Below, piece after piece: positions 20,329 through 30,022 of a stretch of DNA of 64,000 nucleotides. How positions within the stretch are numbered: position 1 is the stretch's first letter; each line of letters opens with the position of its first letter. The stretch is from a virus. Made by a program: the position numbers and the translations under genes. The notes under the pieces are model-generated. The model was not told the DNA's origin. It did not search any database and worked only from the letters and a program-made list of their open reading frames with translations. Location of the stretch: the IMG/VR virus record IMGVR_UViG_3300025121_000776, positions 96,001-160,000 of that record. One strand, 5' to 3'.

Positions 20329-20988
20329 ATGAAAGTTTTAATTACCAGCGGGGGAACACGTGAATATATTGACGATGTTAGAGTTTTAACAAACATAAGT
20401 ACGGGAAAGTTGGGTGCAACAATTGCAAATACATTTTTTGCAAATGCTTATCATAACAAAATAGAAAAGGTTTATTATATTTGTAGTAAAGGTTCATTTC
20501 CTGCAATTAAAGATGGAGATAAATTTATTGAAACAATTTATGCTGACAGCGTTCAAGAAGTTTATGATGTAATGGAAAAAATGGTTCCCCAGGTTGATGT
20601 GGTTATTCATGCAATGGCCTTAAGTGACTTTGGGTTTAAACCATCACATACAAAGTTAAAAAGTAATGACCCTCAAGCCTTCATAGATTCGCTCAGAGAC
20701 CGAATTATTATTAATCCAAAGGTTATCTCATTTATTAAAAAATGGAACCCCACAGTTAAACTAATAAGCTTTAAATTTGAAGTTGGCAAAACCAAAGAAG
20801 AGTTGATTGATATTGCTTATGAATCTTTAATTAAAAACGATGGAGATTTTGTTATAGCCAATGATAAAATAGAAATGAAAGAAAAGGGCAGTCATATAGC
20901 TTATATAATTAACAAAGATAAGAAAATTGTTGACTGTGATGGTAAGGATGATATAGCTAAACAATTGCTAAAAATATTATCTACTTAA
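20329..20988 (+). CDS. coaB: Phosphopantothenate-cysteine ligase
   Basis: VLITSGGTREYIDDVRVLTNISTGKLG, HAMALSDF, SFKFE, VIAND. Confidence 0.88.
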   Translation: MKVLITSGGTREYIDDVRVLTNISTGKLGATIANTFFANAYHNKIEKVYYICSKGSFPAIKDGDKFIETIYADSVQEVYDVMEKMVPQVDVVIHAMALSDFGFKPSHTKLKSNDPQAFIDSLRDRIIINPKVISFIKKWNPTVKLISFKFEVGKTKEELIDIAYESLIKNDGDFVIANDKIEMKEKGSHIAYIINKDKKIVDCDGKDDIAKQLLKILST

Positions 20989-21041
20989 TTTGATTTTATC
21001 ATAATTCTTTTTTATATTTGCTCATATAAATAAAAATTATT

Positions 21042-22145
21042 ATGAGCTTTTCTTTTAAAGGTTTACTTATCAGTTGGGGTATAGTTAAAAAAACAAAAAC
21101 TGAGGCACCAGCTTCTATAAACACAGAATCAACTTACGAAAGATTCTATGGTAATAAAAATGAAACATCTCCACAAGTTGCTCAATTTGATGAACTTGAC
21201 AATATGGAAACTTTAAGTACAAAAAGCATTGATGCTGTAACAGAATTAAACAAAATTCTTTATGAAGAAGTAGCTAAAATAAATCCCCCGATTTCACTTT
21301 CAGAATTACTGCTAAAATCTATCGAAGAAGAGAGTAAAAACACAGAAGAAATCCCAACTTCAGATTTTATATCAAACGATTCAGATAAATCATTTGTTTT
21401 ATATGACCCAGAAAAGTCAATAAAAGAAAATCTTCAAATTAGACCTAATTCACGCCCACATGCAGAGTCTCATTCGCCAAAACCGTCTATTTCTCTGCCA
21501 ACTTACGTACACAAGACGAAGTATGATTATAATAAACCAATGGTTATTAAAGTAACCAACATAAAAAACCCACAGGATACTCAAATTTTTATTAGTGCAA
21601 AACAGTTTTGTGAGCATTTCGGAACAAAACAAAAGAAGTTATATATTTGCTTAAATTCTAAAGACAAAATATTAAACGGAAATTGTAAATTAGAAATTAT
21701 TCCATTTATGGAATCATCTAAAAAAACTAATTTTAGTGTTTCTGACATTGAATCTGTTAAAGTAAAAAAAGTGTCAAGCAAAAATATTGCTTTTGACATA
21801 AAAATTAAACCAAAAACAGGAATTCAATTTATTGATTTGGATTTTACTGTATTGCCAACAGGAATGGAGTTTAATGATAAAAAAAATGGTTCATGCCCAA
21901 TAATAACAAAAAATCCTTTCACTGATAAAAAAAGAAAATTTGTTAGCATTGCAGAAAAAAACCCAGAACTTGTTGCAGAATGGGATGTACTTAGAAATGG
22001 AGTTGCTGCAAGCGAAGTTCCTTGTTCTATAAAAAAGGAAGCATACTGGCTATGTCAAAAATGTGGTACCAGTTATAAACGAAGAGTTGATAATAGGGTC
22101 AGACGACCAGAGCTTGGATGTACAAAGTGTTTTAATAAAACATAA
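21042..22145 (+). CDS. Protein with C-terminal zinc-ribbon domain
   Basis: PELVAEWD...YWLCQKCG...GCTKC. Confidence 0.65.
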   Translation: MSFSFKGLLISWGIVKKTKTEAPASINTESTYERFYGNKNETSPQVAQFDELDNMETLSTKSIDAVTELNKILYEEVAKINPPISLSELLLKSIEEESKNTEEIPTSDFISNDSDKSFVLYDPEKSIKENLQIRPNSRPHAESHSPKPSISLPTYVHKTKYDYNKPMVIKVTNIKNPQDTQIFISAKQFCEHFGTKQKKLYICLNSKDKILNGNCKLEIIPFMESSKKTNFSVSDIESVKVKKVSSKNIAFDIKIKPKTGIQFIDLDFTVLPTGMEFNDKKNGSCPIITKNPFTDKKRKFVSIAEKNPELVAEWDVLRNGVAASEVPCSIKKEAYWLCQKCGTSYKRRVDNRVRRPELGCTKCFNKT

Positions 22146-22231
22146 ACCCAATATTTTTTAAAAATAGTGTAACATTTTTATTTTTTTTTCGTATACACAA
22201 GTGAAAATACATTAAATTAAAATTTGTTTAT

Positions 22232-23041
22232 ATGAAAAAAAATGCATTATTAATTATTGACGGACAGAACGACTTTTGTAGCCCTTCGGGTGCTCTCTTC
22301 GTTCCTGGAGCAGACCATGATATGGAGCGTCTAGCTAATTTTATTAAAAGAAATCAAACAAAAATTGGTTATATTGGTTTGACCCAAGATAGCCATATGG
22401 TTCTTGATATTAGTCATCCCCCATTTTGGCAGGATAAAGACGGAAATTCTCCAAATCCATTTACTATTATTACAGCTCAAAACGTAAAAGATGGAACGTG
22501 GACTCCAAAATTTTATCCACTGGCCGCTCTTAAATATTTAGAAGACCTTGAAGCTCAAGGGGAATTTCCACATTGTATATGGCCAATTCATTGTGTTGAT
22601 GGCAGTGAAGGTGCAGCTATTTTTCCAGTTCTTATGAACTCTGTAAAAGAATGGTCAGCTTCTCAGTGTTTATTTCACAAAATTGTTAAAAAGGGAGTTC
22701 ATCCTTTAACCGAGCACTTCGGCGTGTTTCAAGCAAACATTCCAATTCCAGGCGAGGACGGAACACAATTCAACGACAGGTTAGCAAAAATTCTTAATGA
22801 ATATGATACTGTGTATTTCGCAGGAGAAGCTAAAACTCACTGTACCGCTACTTCTTTAAAACAAGCAATGAAGTTTGATAAAAACCTTGCTAAAAAATTC
22901 GTTATCCTTGAAGATTGTATGTCTCCTGTTCCAGGAGAAGCTGCACCAGGACTTACCTTTGAAAAATTGGCTCAGCCAATCTATGATGATGCTAAAGCTC
23001 TTGGCATTCAATTTGTAAAAAGCACAGATGTTACACTATAA
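22232..23041 (+). CDS. pncA: Nicotinamidase / isochorismatase-family cysteine hydrolase
   Basis: IIDGQNDFC, GALFVPGA, DSH, WPIHCVDGSEGA, GEAKTHC. Confidence 0.82.
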   Translation: MKKNALLIIDGQNDFCSPSGALFVPGADHDMERLANFIKRNQTKIGYIGLTQDSHMVLDISHPPFWQDKDGNSPNPFTIITAQNVKDGTWTPKFYPLAALKYLEDLEAQGEFPHCIWPIHCVDGSEGAAIFPVLMNSVKEWSASQCLFHKIVKKGVHPLTEHFGVFQANIPIPGEDGTQFNDRLAKILNEYDTVYFAGEAKTHCTATSLKQAMKFDKNLAKKFVILEDCMSPVPGEAAPGLTFEKLAQPIYDDAKALGIQFVKSTDVTL

Positions 23042-23052
23042 TTTTAAAAACA

Positions 23053-23766
23053 ATGGATAACAATAAAGTGAATTTCGATTTCGGTGGTGACGCCGACTTT
23101 AATCCCGAAAATATCGAGGTAGAAGAAACAATCAATGCAGTATTTGTAGTTGACCTGTCTGCCTCTATGGGCGAAGAAGTAACTCTTAAAGGCGGCACAA
23201 CCTCAACAAGATGCGATGAGCTTAATAAAGCTGTTAATGAATTTGTTGAGAATATGTCAAAAAGCCATGTTAAAGACCGTTTGTTAGTATCAACTATTGT
23301 TTTTGATGCAAAACCAGAAGTTCTTACAGGCTTCCAACCCGTAACAGAAATTGAAGAATTTAAACTTACTCCAAAACACGGTAATACCGCACTTTATGGA
23401 GCCGTAAGACTTGGTTTGGACAAAGCTATTGACTACAGAAACTCTCTGTTAAAAACAGGCGTAAAAGCAAAAACTATCCTTTTTGTTGTTACTGATGGTG
23501 AAAACAATGCTTCTCCACAAAGTGATGCAGAATATGTGAAAGTTAAGTTACAGGAACTAAACAAAGAAGAACAGAATATTATGACATTCTCTTCAGTTCT
23601 TTTGGGAATTGGCGAACAGGCTAATTTTAAACAAGCATTTGATGATTTAGGCTTACATGCCCTAGCTGAACTTGGTGATGATATCAGAAAAGCTGTATCT
23701 ATTATCAGTAGCTCAGTATCAAGTGTTTCAAACGGGCAAAACATTTCTCAGAAATTAAATTTCTAA
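23053..23766 (+). CDS. vWA-domain protein (TerY/YegL-like)
   Basis: MIDAS VDLSASM, GNTALY, VVTDGENN. Confidence 0.85.
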   Translation: MDNNKVNFDFGGDADFNPENIEVEETINAVFVVDLSASMGEEVTLKGGTTSTRCDELNKAVNEFVENMSKSHVKDRLLVSTIVFDAKPEVLTGFQPVTEIEEFKLTPKHGNTALYGAVRLGLDKAIDYRNSLLKTGVKAKTILFVVTDGENNASPQSDAEYVKVKLQELNKEEQNIMTFSSVLLGIGEQANFKQAFDDLGLHALAELGDDIRKAVSIISSSVSSVSNGQNISQKLNF

Positions 23767-23768
23767 AA

Positions 23769-24545
23769 ATGTTCGAAGTTAAAGCCAGAAAAGTAGTAAG
23801 GCGAGGGAGAGCTCATGACCAACGTTGTGAAGACGATTCCCTCGTCTTCTCTTATAATCAAATTTCAGTTATTGCAGTATTTGATGGATGCTCTGATGGA
23901 ACGGATTCTTATTTTGCATCTGGTTTATTTGCTAAAATATTAAAAAAAATAGCAATTGAGGAAGAAAATTTTTTTAAACAAATCAACGAAGAAACAAGTC
24001 TTGAAGATATAGTAAATGTAATAATGTGTTCCTTTTTTTATGAACTAAAGAAGGCAAAATATTATTTAAAGCTTGATGATTCAGAAATATTGTCAACAAT
24101 AGTTCTATCTGCCATTAATTTAAAAACAAAACAATCCTTTTCTATTATTATTGGAGATGGAAGTGTTTATGTTGACGGAGAAATTAATACAATACAACCA
24201 GAAAAAAACGCACCTCGATATATAGCTTATTTTCTTGGAAAAAAATATGAAGATTTTTGGAGTGATGATGTTAATAAATATAAAGCCAAAGTAAAAGATA
24301 CAATAGCTGTAATGAGTGATGGAATTGACTCATTTAGACATTATAGCGAAAACAGATATGTAAACGAAACTGAAAAGGCTGATATTATTCATCGTTTTTT
24401 TAAAAGCGGATATCTTCTTGACAATAAAGTTGGGCTTGCAAGAATTTGTAATATTCTTGACAGTGAACATTTTGCTCCAAGTGATGATTTATCTATTGCC
24501 CATATAACTTTCATAGAAATTCCAGAACAAGATGAAACTATATAA
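23769..24545 (+). CDS. PP2C-like phosphatase (YegK-like)
   Basis: CEDD, VFDGCS, IGDG, SDGID, DDLSI. Confidence 0.85.
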   Translation: MFEVKARKVVRRGRAHDQRCEDDSLVFSYNQISVIAVFDGCSDGTDSYFASGLFAKILKKIAIEEENFFKQINEETSLEDIVNVIMCSFFYELKKAKYYLKLDDSEILSTIVLSAINLKTKQSFSIIIGDGSVYVDGEINTIQPEKNAPRYIAYFLGKKYEDFWSDDVNKYKAKVKDTIAVMSDGIDSFRHYSENRYVNETEKADIIHRFFKSGYLLDNKVGLARICNILDSEHFAPSDDLSIAHITFIEIPEQDETI

Positions 24546-26208
24546 TAAAATAGGCACTCTGGTCAACGTTGATGAAAGCAAAGAGATTGCTAGGGGTGGA
24601 GAAGGAATGATTATAGATATGGGGCATGGAAAAGCCGCCAAAATTTATCATGATACCAAAAACGCATCTTTCACCGAATCAAAACTTCAACATTTATATG
24701 GACTTGATAGCTCTGTTTTTATAAGACCAGAAGAAATTCTTTTTTATAAAAACAAAAAAATAGCTGGATTCATTATGAATATGTTGCCTAAAAATTTCTT
24801 TCCTCTATATTCAGCCTTTAGTTATAATTTCTGTGCCACAAATGGATTGACAGATAAAATAAAATTACAAATAATTAAAACCATTATAAAAAGCATTAAT
24901 TCAGCTCACTCAAAAGATATTATTATTGGAGATTTTAACCCCTTTAATATAATGCTGGACGATAAAGGTACCACTTTCTTTATTGATACAGATTCATATC
25001 AAACTCCAGGGTCAGTGCATTCTGGCAAATTATTAGATGATATCAGAGACCATTTAAAACATGGCGTAATAAATAAAGAGAGTGACTACTATGCTCTTGC
25101 GGTAATAGTGTTTAATTTTCTAACTAATATACACCCCTTTAAAGGCTCACATTCAATTTATAAAAGCCTTCCAGAACGTGCAATTCAAAAAATTACAGTA
25201 TTTGATAATGACCCACACCTAATTGTTCCAAAGTGTTATCACCCTATCCAAGACAAATATTTAATGGAACAATTTAAGAGAATATTTAAAGATGGGGAAA
25301 GATTTGCAATTAGCCTTGATGCTACAACAGATATTATTCATGTAATTAATATCGACAAAGTTATTGAAAAAGAAGGAGAATTAACAATTACGCCAATGTT
25401 AAGAAATGTTGAAATAAGATATGTCAATTGCAGTAACAACCTTGCTTGTGTAGCACTTAAAGACGAAATTATTGTTTATAGCGTGAGAGATAGGGGCTTC
25501 TACAAAGAACTTGGCAGAATACCAAGAACAAGTAAAGATTTAGCTCCGCTTCCAACTGATAAAAACTTATTTGTATTTGAAGATAAAAAGTTCTACAAAT
25601 ACGACCTTGACACCTTTCAAAGAACTGAAATGGATGATATGGGTATTGAAAACATGGTTGTTGCAAAGCAATATGGAAATATATTTGTTGTAATTGAAGA
25701 AAATAAAATGTTTACGTTATATTTGGATGATTCTGTTGGAACACACATTAGATTTAAAACAAAAGAAGTGTTCGGAAACAGTTTTAAAAAGTATAATGGT
25801 ATGATGCAAAATTTTGGCCAGAACACTTACTTAAGAGTAAATAATAATGATAATCTCGATACAATTATCTATGATGATGTATTAAGTGATGTTTACCAAG
25901 ATGGAGATATGGGAATTGCCCAGACTGTAAAAAAAGGAAAAATAAATTTCGACCTATTCAAAATTAATGGCCTTAAACTTGAAAAACATTCTTACCCCCT
26001 TAATTCTATCAGACACTTCGGTTATAATCCTGGCAACTTCATTATTATGCCAGAGGATAATCAATTAATATTCCTTAATCACAGCACATTGGAACCAATT
26101 GCTAAGTTTAAGTGTAGCATTGCCGATGAATCAACACAGGTGTTTTATACAAGGGGAGGAATCTTATTGAACGATTCGAAGAATTTATATATGGTAAACA
26201 AAAAGTAG
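24532..26208 (+). CDS. Ser/Thr kinase-like protein (YegI-like) with long C-terminal domain
   Basis: ARGGEG, AAKIY, IGDFNPFNI, FIDTDS, SDYYALAV, HPFKG. Confidence 0.82.
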   Translation: MKLYNKIGTLVNVDESKEIARGGEGMIIDMGHGKAAKIYHDTKNASFTESKLQHLYGLDSSVFIRPEEILFYKNKKIAGFIMNMLPKNFFPLYSAFSYNFCATNGLTDKIKLQIIKTIIKSINSAHSKDIIIGDFNPFNIMLDDKGTTFFIDTDSYQTPGSVHSGKLLDDIRDHLKHGVINKESDYYALAVIVFNFLTNIHPFKGSHSIYKSLPERAIQKITVFDNDPHLIVPKCYHPIQDKYLMEQFKRIFKDGERFAISLDATTDIIHVINIDKVIEKEGELTITPMLRNVEIRYVNCSNNLACVALKDEIIVYSVRDRGFYKELGRIPRTSKDLAPLPTDKNLFVFEDKKFYKYDLDTFQRTEMDDMGIENMVVAKQYGNIFVVIEENKMFTLYLDDSVGTHIRFKTKEVFGNSFKKYNGMMQNFGQNTYLRVNNNDNLDTIIYDDVLSDVYQDGDMGIAQTVKKGKINFDLFKINGLKLEKHSYPLNSIRHFGYNPGNFIIMPEDNQLIFLNHSTLEPIAKFKCSIADESTQVFYTRGGILLNDSKNLYMVNKK

Positions 26209-26209
26209 T

Positions 26210-26698
26210 ATGAAAGAACCTCAAAGCCCCTTACCATTCAAGCAAAACACTTGGGATATTATTGTTTACAATGAAAGTAAAAATGAATATGAATCTATTT
26301 TTGACCCACATGATAAAATGCTTGACAATCTTAAAGATTGTGCATACATTGTAGAGGCAAGTAACAATTACCCCAAAGCAGTAGAACTACTCAGACAAGT
26401 TCTCGCTGGAAAAAACGATACAACGATAATTGAATTGTTTTTAAAAGAAATAGATGCTATTGATGAATTTGGAGACCAAACTTTTACCTCTAATTTTAAT
26501 ATTAAATTAAAAGGGTCTGAATCAGCAAAACACTTTAAAAGTATTTTTCCAAGATTTTGTAAATCTCTTGATGTTGAATGCACAATCACAACAAAAAGAA
26601 GATTTTTGCCATGGAAACCAATTAGTGCAACATTAAGTATTTCGGGTGCCAGATTAAATGTAAAAAAAGCATCACTAGCAATCGAATGGTTATTATAA
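26210..26698 (+). CDS. Hypothetical protein
   Basis: 162-aa ORF in operon. Confidence 0.6.
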   Translation: MKEPQSPLPFKQNTWDIIVYNESKNEYESIFDPHDKMLDNLKDCAYIVEASNNYPKAVELLRQVLAGKNDTTIIELFLKEIDAIDEFGDQTFTSNFNIKLKGSESAKHFKSIFPRFCKSLDVECTITTKRRFLPWKPISATLSISGARLNVKKASLAIEWLL

Positions 26699-26718
26699 AT
26701 TTAAAAAACTAAAAAACT

Positions 26719-27858
26719 ATGCAAAAACCACCAATTAAACTAAGAGAAATTATCTGGGAAATAACTGGACAATGTTTTAATAATTGTTCATATTGTGGCT
26801 CAAAAGATGTGTCTAAAAAAGCCCTTACACACGAACAAATCATTGACATTGCTCAAGCTATTGCTGATTTTCCCCCAAAAGAAATTAACATAAGTGGAGG
26901 AGACCCATTAACTCTTCCAGCTGACCTTCATATTGAAATTTTAAGGATTTTAAAACAGTCAGAAATAGTCTGCAAAATTATTGTTAATCCAAAATCCATT
27001 AAAAACCCATTATCTGCAGCTTTTGAAATTGTTAAAATGTATGATTGGGCTGGAATTTCTATTAATACCCAAAAAGAATTACAAATCTTTGAAGATATCG
27101 CAGAAACTAAAGAATATGAAAATTACACCGTCATAACAAATTTTAACATTCAAAATCTTTATCAATTTGAAGAAATTGAAGCGTTTGTTAAAAAATATGA
27201 TAAAATGTGGACAATTCAATTTACAGTTTATCAAGACAAAGATAATCCACTTGCTTTATACCATCCAGATAATCAAATTGCTTTTGAATTATTACAACAA
27301 AAGGTTAATACAAGTTCAGCAAAAATAGTTCTATCAGACAATATAAGAAATGATATGCCTTGCGGTGCTGGATTTAGCTCTGTAGGCATCACATATGATG
27401 GTTATGTTATTCCATGTTTAAGTATGAGAAGTTGGAGGGATATTCAAAATTTATGTGAAAAAGAAATATATCAAAATATTTTAAAAACTCCTTTTGAGGA
27501 AATTTGGCAAACATCTTTTATTAATGAAAGATTTTGTAAATTTGAATGTTGCAAAGACATATGTCTCAATAAAACTCTCGAAATAAAAAGTTTTGAAAGA
27601 AAAGTATTTGAGATAACTCCAAAGTCTGAAGAAGAAAAAAAAGATTGGGAAAAAAACATTAATGAATTTTTAAAAAAAGTTAAAAAGGAAAATCCTCCAT
27701 TTGATGCAGGGCAAGTTGTTATGTATGGGGTTATTTCTCCAAGAAATTTTCCAGGTGGTGGCGGAGTTGTTATGTATGGGGTCATTTCTCCAAGAAACTA
27801 CCCTCCCGATGACGACAATGGCGGCGGAATTGTTTTAATGTATGGTGTATTTAGGTAA
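26719..27858 (+). CDS. Radical SAM/SPASM enzyme, splicease (PlpX-like) candidate, with a C-terminal tail bearing three MYG motifs
   Basis: WEITGQCFNNCSYCGS (CxxxCxxC), SGGDP, CGAG...DGYVIPC; tail VVMYGVI x2 and LMYGVF. Confidence 0.8.
   Translation: MQKPPIKLREIIWEITGQCFNNCSYCGSKDVSKKALTHEQIIDIAQAIADFPPKEINISGGDPLTLPADLHIEILRILKQSEIVCKIIVNPKSIKNPLSAAFEIVKMYDWAGISINTQKELQIFEDIAETKEYENYTVITNFNIQNLYQFEEIEAFVKKYDKMWTIQFTVYQDKDNPLALYHPDNQIAFELLQQKVNTSSAKIVLSDNIRNDMPCGAGFSSVGITYDGYVIPCLSMRSWRDIQNLCEKEIYQNILKTPFEEIWQTSFINERFCKFECCKDICLNKTLEIKSFERKVFEITPKSEEEKKDWEKNINEFLKKVKKENPPFDAGQVVMYGVISPRNFPGGGGVVMYGVISPRNYPPDDDNGGGIVLMYGVFR
27715..27797 (+). repeat. Coding direct repeat with 51-nt period encoding VVMYGVISPRN
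   Basis: gttgttatgtatggggt(t/c)atttctccaagaaa at 27715 and 27766; a third degenerate copy at ~27830-27852. Confidence 0.9.
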
Positions 27859-27888
27859 TCTCTTTTCTTAATTGTTATATTTGTTTCT

Positions 27889-27916
27889 AAAAAATCCTCC
27901 AGTTGGAGGATTTTTT
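27889..27916. terminator. Intrinsic terminator
   Basis: AAAAAATCCTCC-agtt-GGAGGATTTTTT. Confidence 0.8.
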
Positions 27917-28628
27917 CTCTATTTATTGTATATGCATATACTGCTATGGAAAATAAAATAGATAGAAAAACATGTGAAAGTTACTTGCAAAACATTAGAA
28001 ATGGAAATAATTTCTATAACAAAGAAACAATAGATGATATGATTAAGTGTTACATTGAAACCGAGGAATATGAGAAATGTAATGAACTAATAAAGATAAA
28101 AGAAAAATAGCTATGGAATATAAAAAAACTATTCGAAAATATATAAAAGAAGCTATTGACGATTTACTGCCAGGTGAACTGACCCACTCACAACTTTATT
28201 GATGAATGGGCTTCTTTGACGTTTCTCAGACTCGTCTTATGACCGATGCCTCACCGCCTTTTTGTTTATCCTGCGAAGAATGTCCCTTATCCTCCACAGC
28301 AATGCTTTTTTGTTTTTTAGATTTTATAGCAAACAACAATTCGTTTGCCAACCACAATATCTCAAAGAACTTTAAATTAAATATATTAAAATTTTATAAA
28401 AATATAAACACTTTTGTGAAACTATTTTAAAATAATTTCGTGTATTTGTAAAAGTAATGGCAACTTATCCAAGCCACACTTTGTGATGACTTGGTTTTTT
28501 TTGCTGAAAATTTTATAAATGGAGAAATTCCACAGAAAATAAAAGATTTATTAAATTTGTCTTAGAGCTATAACATTTTTTAGTTTTTTTCGTATATGTT
28601 AAAAACATGTACAATTAAATCAAAAAAA

Positions 28629-29549
28629 ATGTCACAAGGAAATTCGCTAAAAGCTGTAGTTGTTGCATTATTTAGCAATGCATTTATCGCACTAATCAAA
28701 TTTATAGTTGCATTTATAACTACCAGTGCCGCTATGATGGCTGAAGCGATTCACTCTACTGCAGATTGTATGAACCAAATATTTTTATTAATTGGGTCTA
28801 AGAGAACCAAAAAAGTAGCCAATGAGCAACATTCTTTCGGATATGGAAAAGAAGAATATTTCTGGGGATTTATTGTTGCAACATTATTGTTCTTTGTTGG
28901 GGGTGGTTTTTCTATTTATGAAGGAATTCATAAGTTGTTTGTTCCAGAGCCAATTAAAAATGTTATGTTATCCTTTATCGTTTTAGGAATTGGAATAGTC
29001 TTAGAATTCAACTCGTTTAGAATTGCTTATAATCAATTTAAAATTAAAAATAATTCATCCTTTTACAAAGGACTCATTGAAGTGACCGATACAAATCTTT
29101 TGGTAATTTTACTTGAAGACTTTGCGGCATTACTTGGATTAATAGTTGTTTTAATTACCACTATTTTAGCTTTTACAATAGCTCCTATATTTGATGCAAT
29201 TGGTTCCATACTTGTGGGTGCAATTCTTATTTCAATCGCTTATATGCTCTCTAATGAGCTCAGAAAATTAATTGTTGGAGAAAGCATTCCTAGAGAAATA
29301 AGAACTGATATAAAACACATCTGCTCACAGCATAATAAAATTGTTAAACATGTAAATAAAATTCAAACAATGTTTATTGGCAGAGAAAAATTTGTTCTTC
29401 TTATATCTTTGGATGTTTATGATAATATTTTAGCATATGATGTAGAAAACATAATTGAACACATAAAACTCGATATTATCAAAAAATATCCCAATGCTTC
29501 GGTTATTTATATTGAAGTAAAGGATATGATAAGAAATAATAAAATTTAA
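28629..29549 (+). CDS. Cation diffusion facilitator (CDF) metal efflux transporter
   Basis: SAAMMAEAIHSTAD, HSFGYGKEEY, EDFAA; six TM helices + cytoplasmic domain. Confidence 0.9.
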   Translation: MSQGNSLKAVVVALFSNAFIALIKFIVAFITTSAAMMAEAIHSTADCMNQIFLLIGSKRTKKVANEQHSFGYGKEEYFWGFIVATLLFFVGGGFSIYEGIHKLFVPEPIKNVMLSFIVLGIGIVLEFNSFRIAYNQFKIKNNSSFYKGLIEVTDTNLLVILLEDFAALLGLIVVLITTILAFTIAPIFDAIGSILVGAILISIAYMLSNELRKLIVGESIPREIRTDIKHICSQHNKIVKHVNKIQTMFIGREKFVLLISLDVYDNILAYDVENIIEHIKLDIIKKYPNASVIYIEVKDMIRNNKI

Positions 29550-29722
29550 TTGTATGGGCTGGTACGGAAAAAATGACGATGATAATTATACTCCTCCTTT
29601 AAAACCAAAGGAAGATGAAAAATCACGCACACAACGATATCTTAACAAAGATGCCGAAGAAGAAAAAATTGAAGGTAATGACGATGTTAGATTAAAACCC
29701 GATTTTGATAAATAAAAACATT

Positions 29723-30022
29723 ATGAAACCACAAGACGAAATTAACGAACTTCAAGAGAAAATTAATTCTCTTAAACACAAAGTTGAAAATTGTCAGCAT
29801 GACTTTCCTAAACCTGTTTATGACCCCGAAACTGTAAGTGAAGGTTATGGTTCAGTGCAAGATGGAAAAGGTTCAGACCCCCATTGGAGTTTTGCTGGAT
29901 ATCATGACGTACAAAAACCTAGATGGAGTAGAAAATGCAATTTGTGTGGAAAAGTTGAATACACGAACTCACAAAAAACTGTTGCCATAGAAACAAAAAC
30001 AGAGCCCGATTTTGGAAAATGA
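29723..30022 (+). CDS. Small Cys/His protein (putative Zn finger)
   Basis: CQHDF...RKCNLCG; start moved to ATG 29723. Confidence 0.6.
   Translation: MKPQDEINELQEKINSLKHKVENCQHDFPKPVYDPETVSEGYGSVQDGKGSDPHWSFAGYHDVQKPRWSRKCNLCGKVEYTNSQKTVAIETKTEPDFGK

Noticed and set aside
28200-28360. tmRNA, hammerhead ribozyme or riboswitch
   Set aside because: No tRNA-like ends and no CUGANGA/GAAA core in the right arrangement; left only as a low-interest unknown
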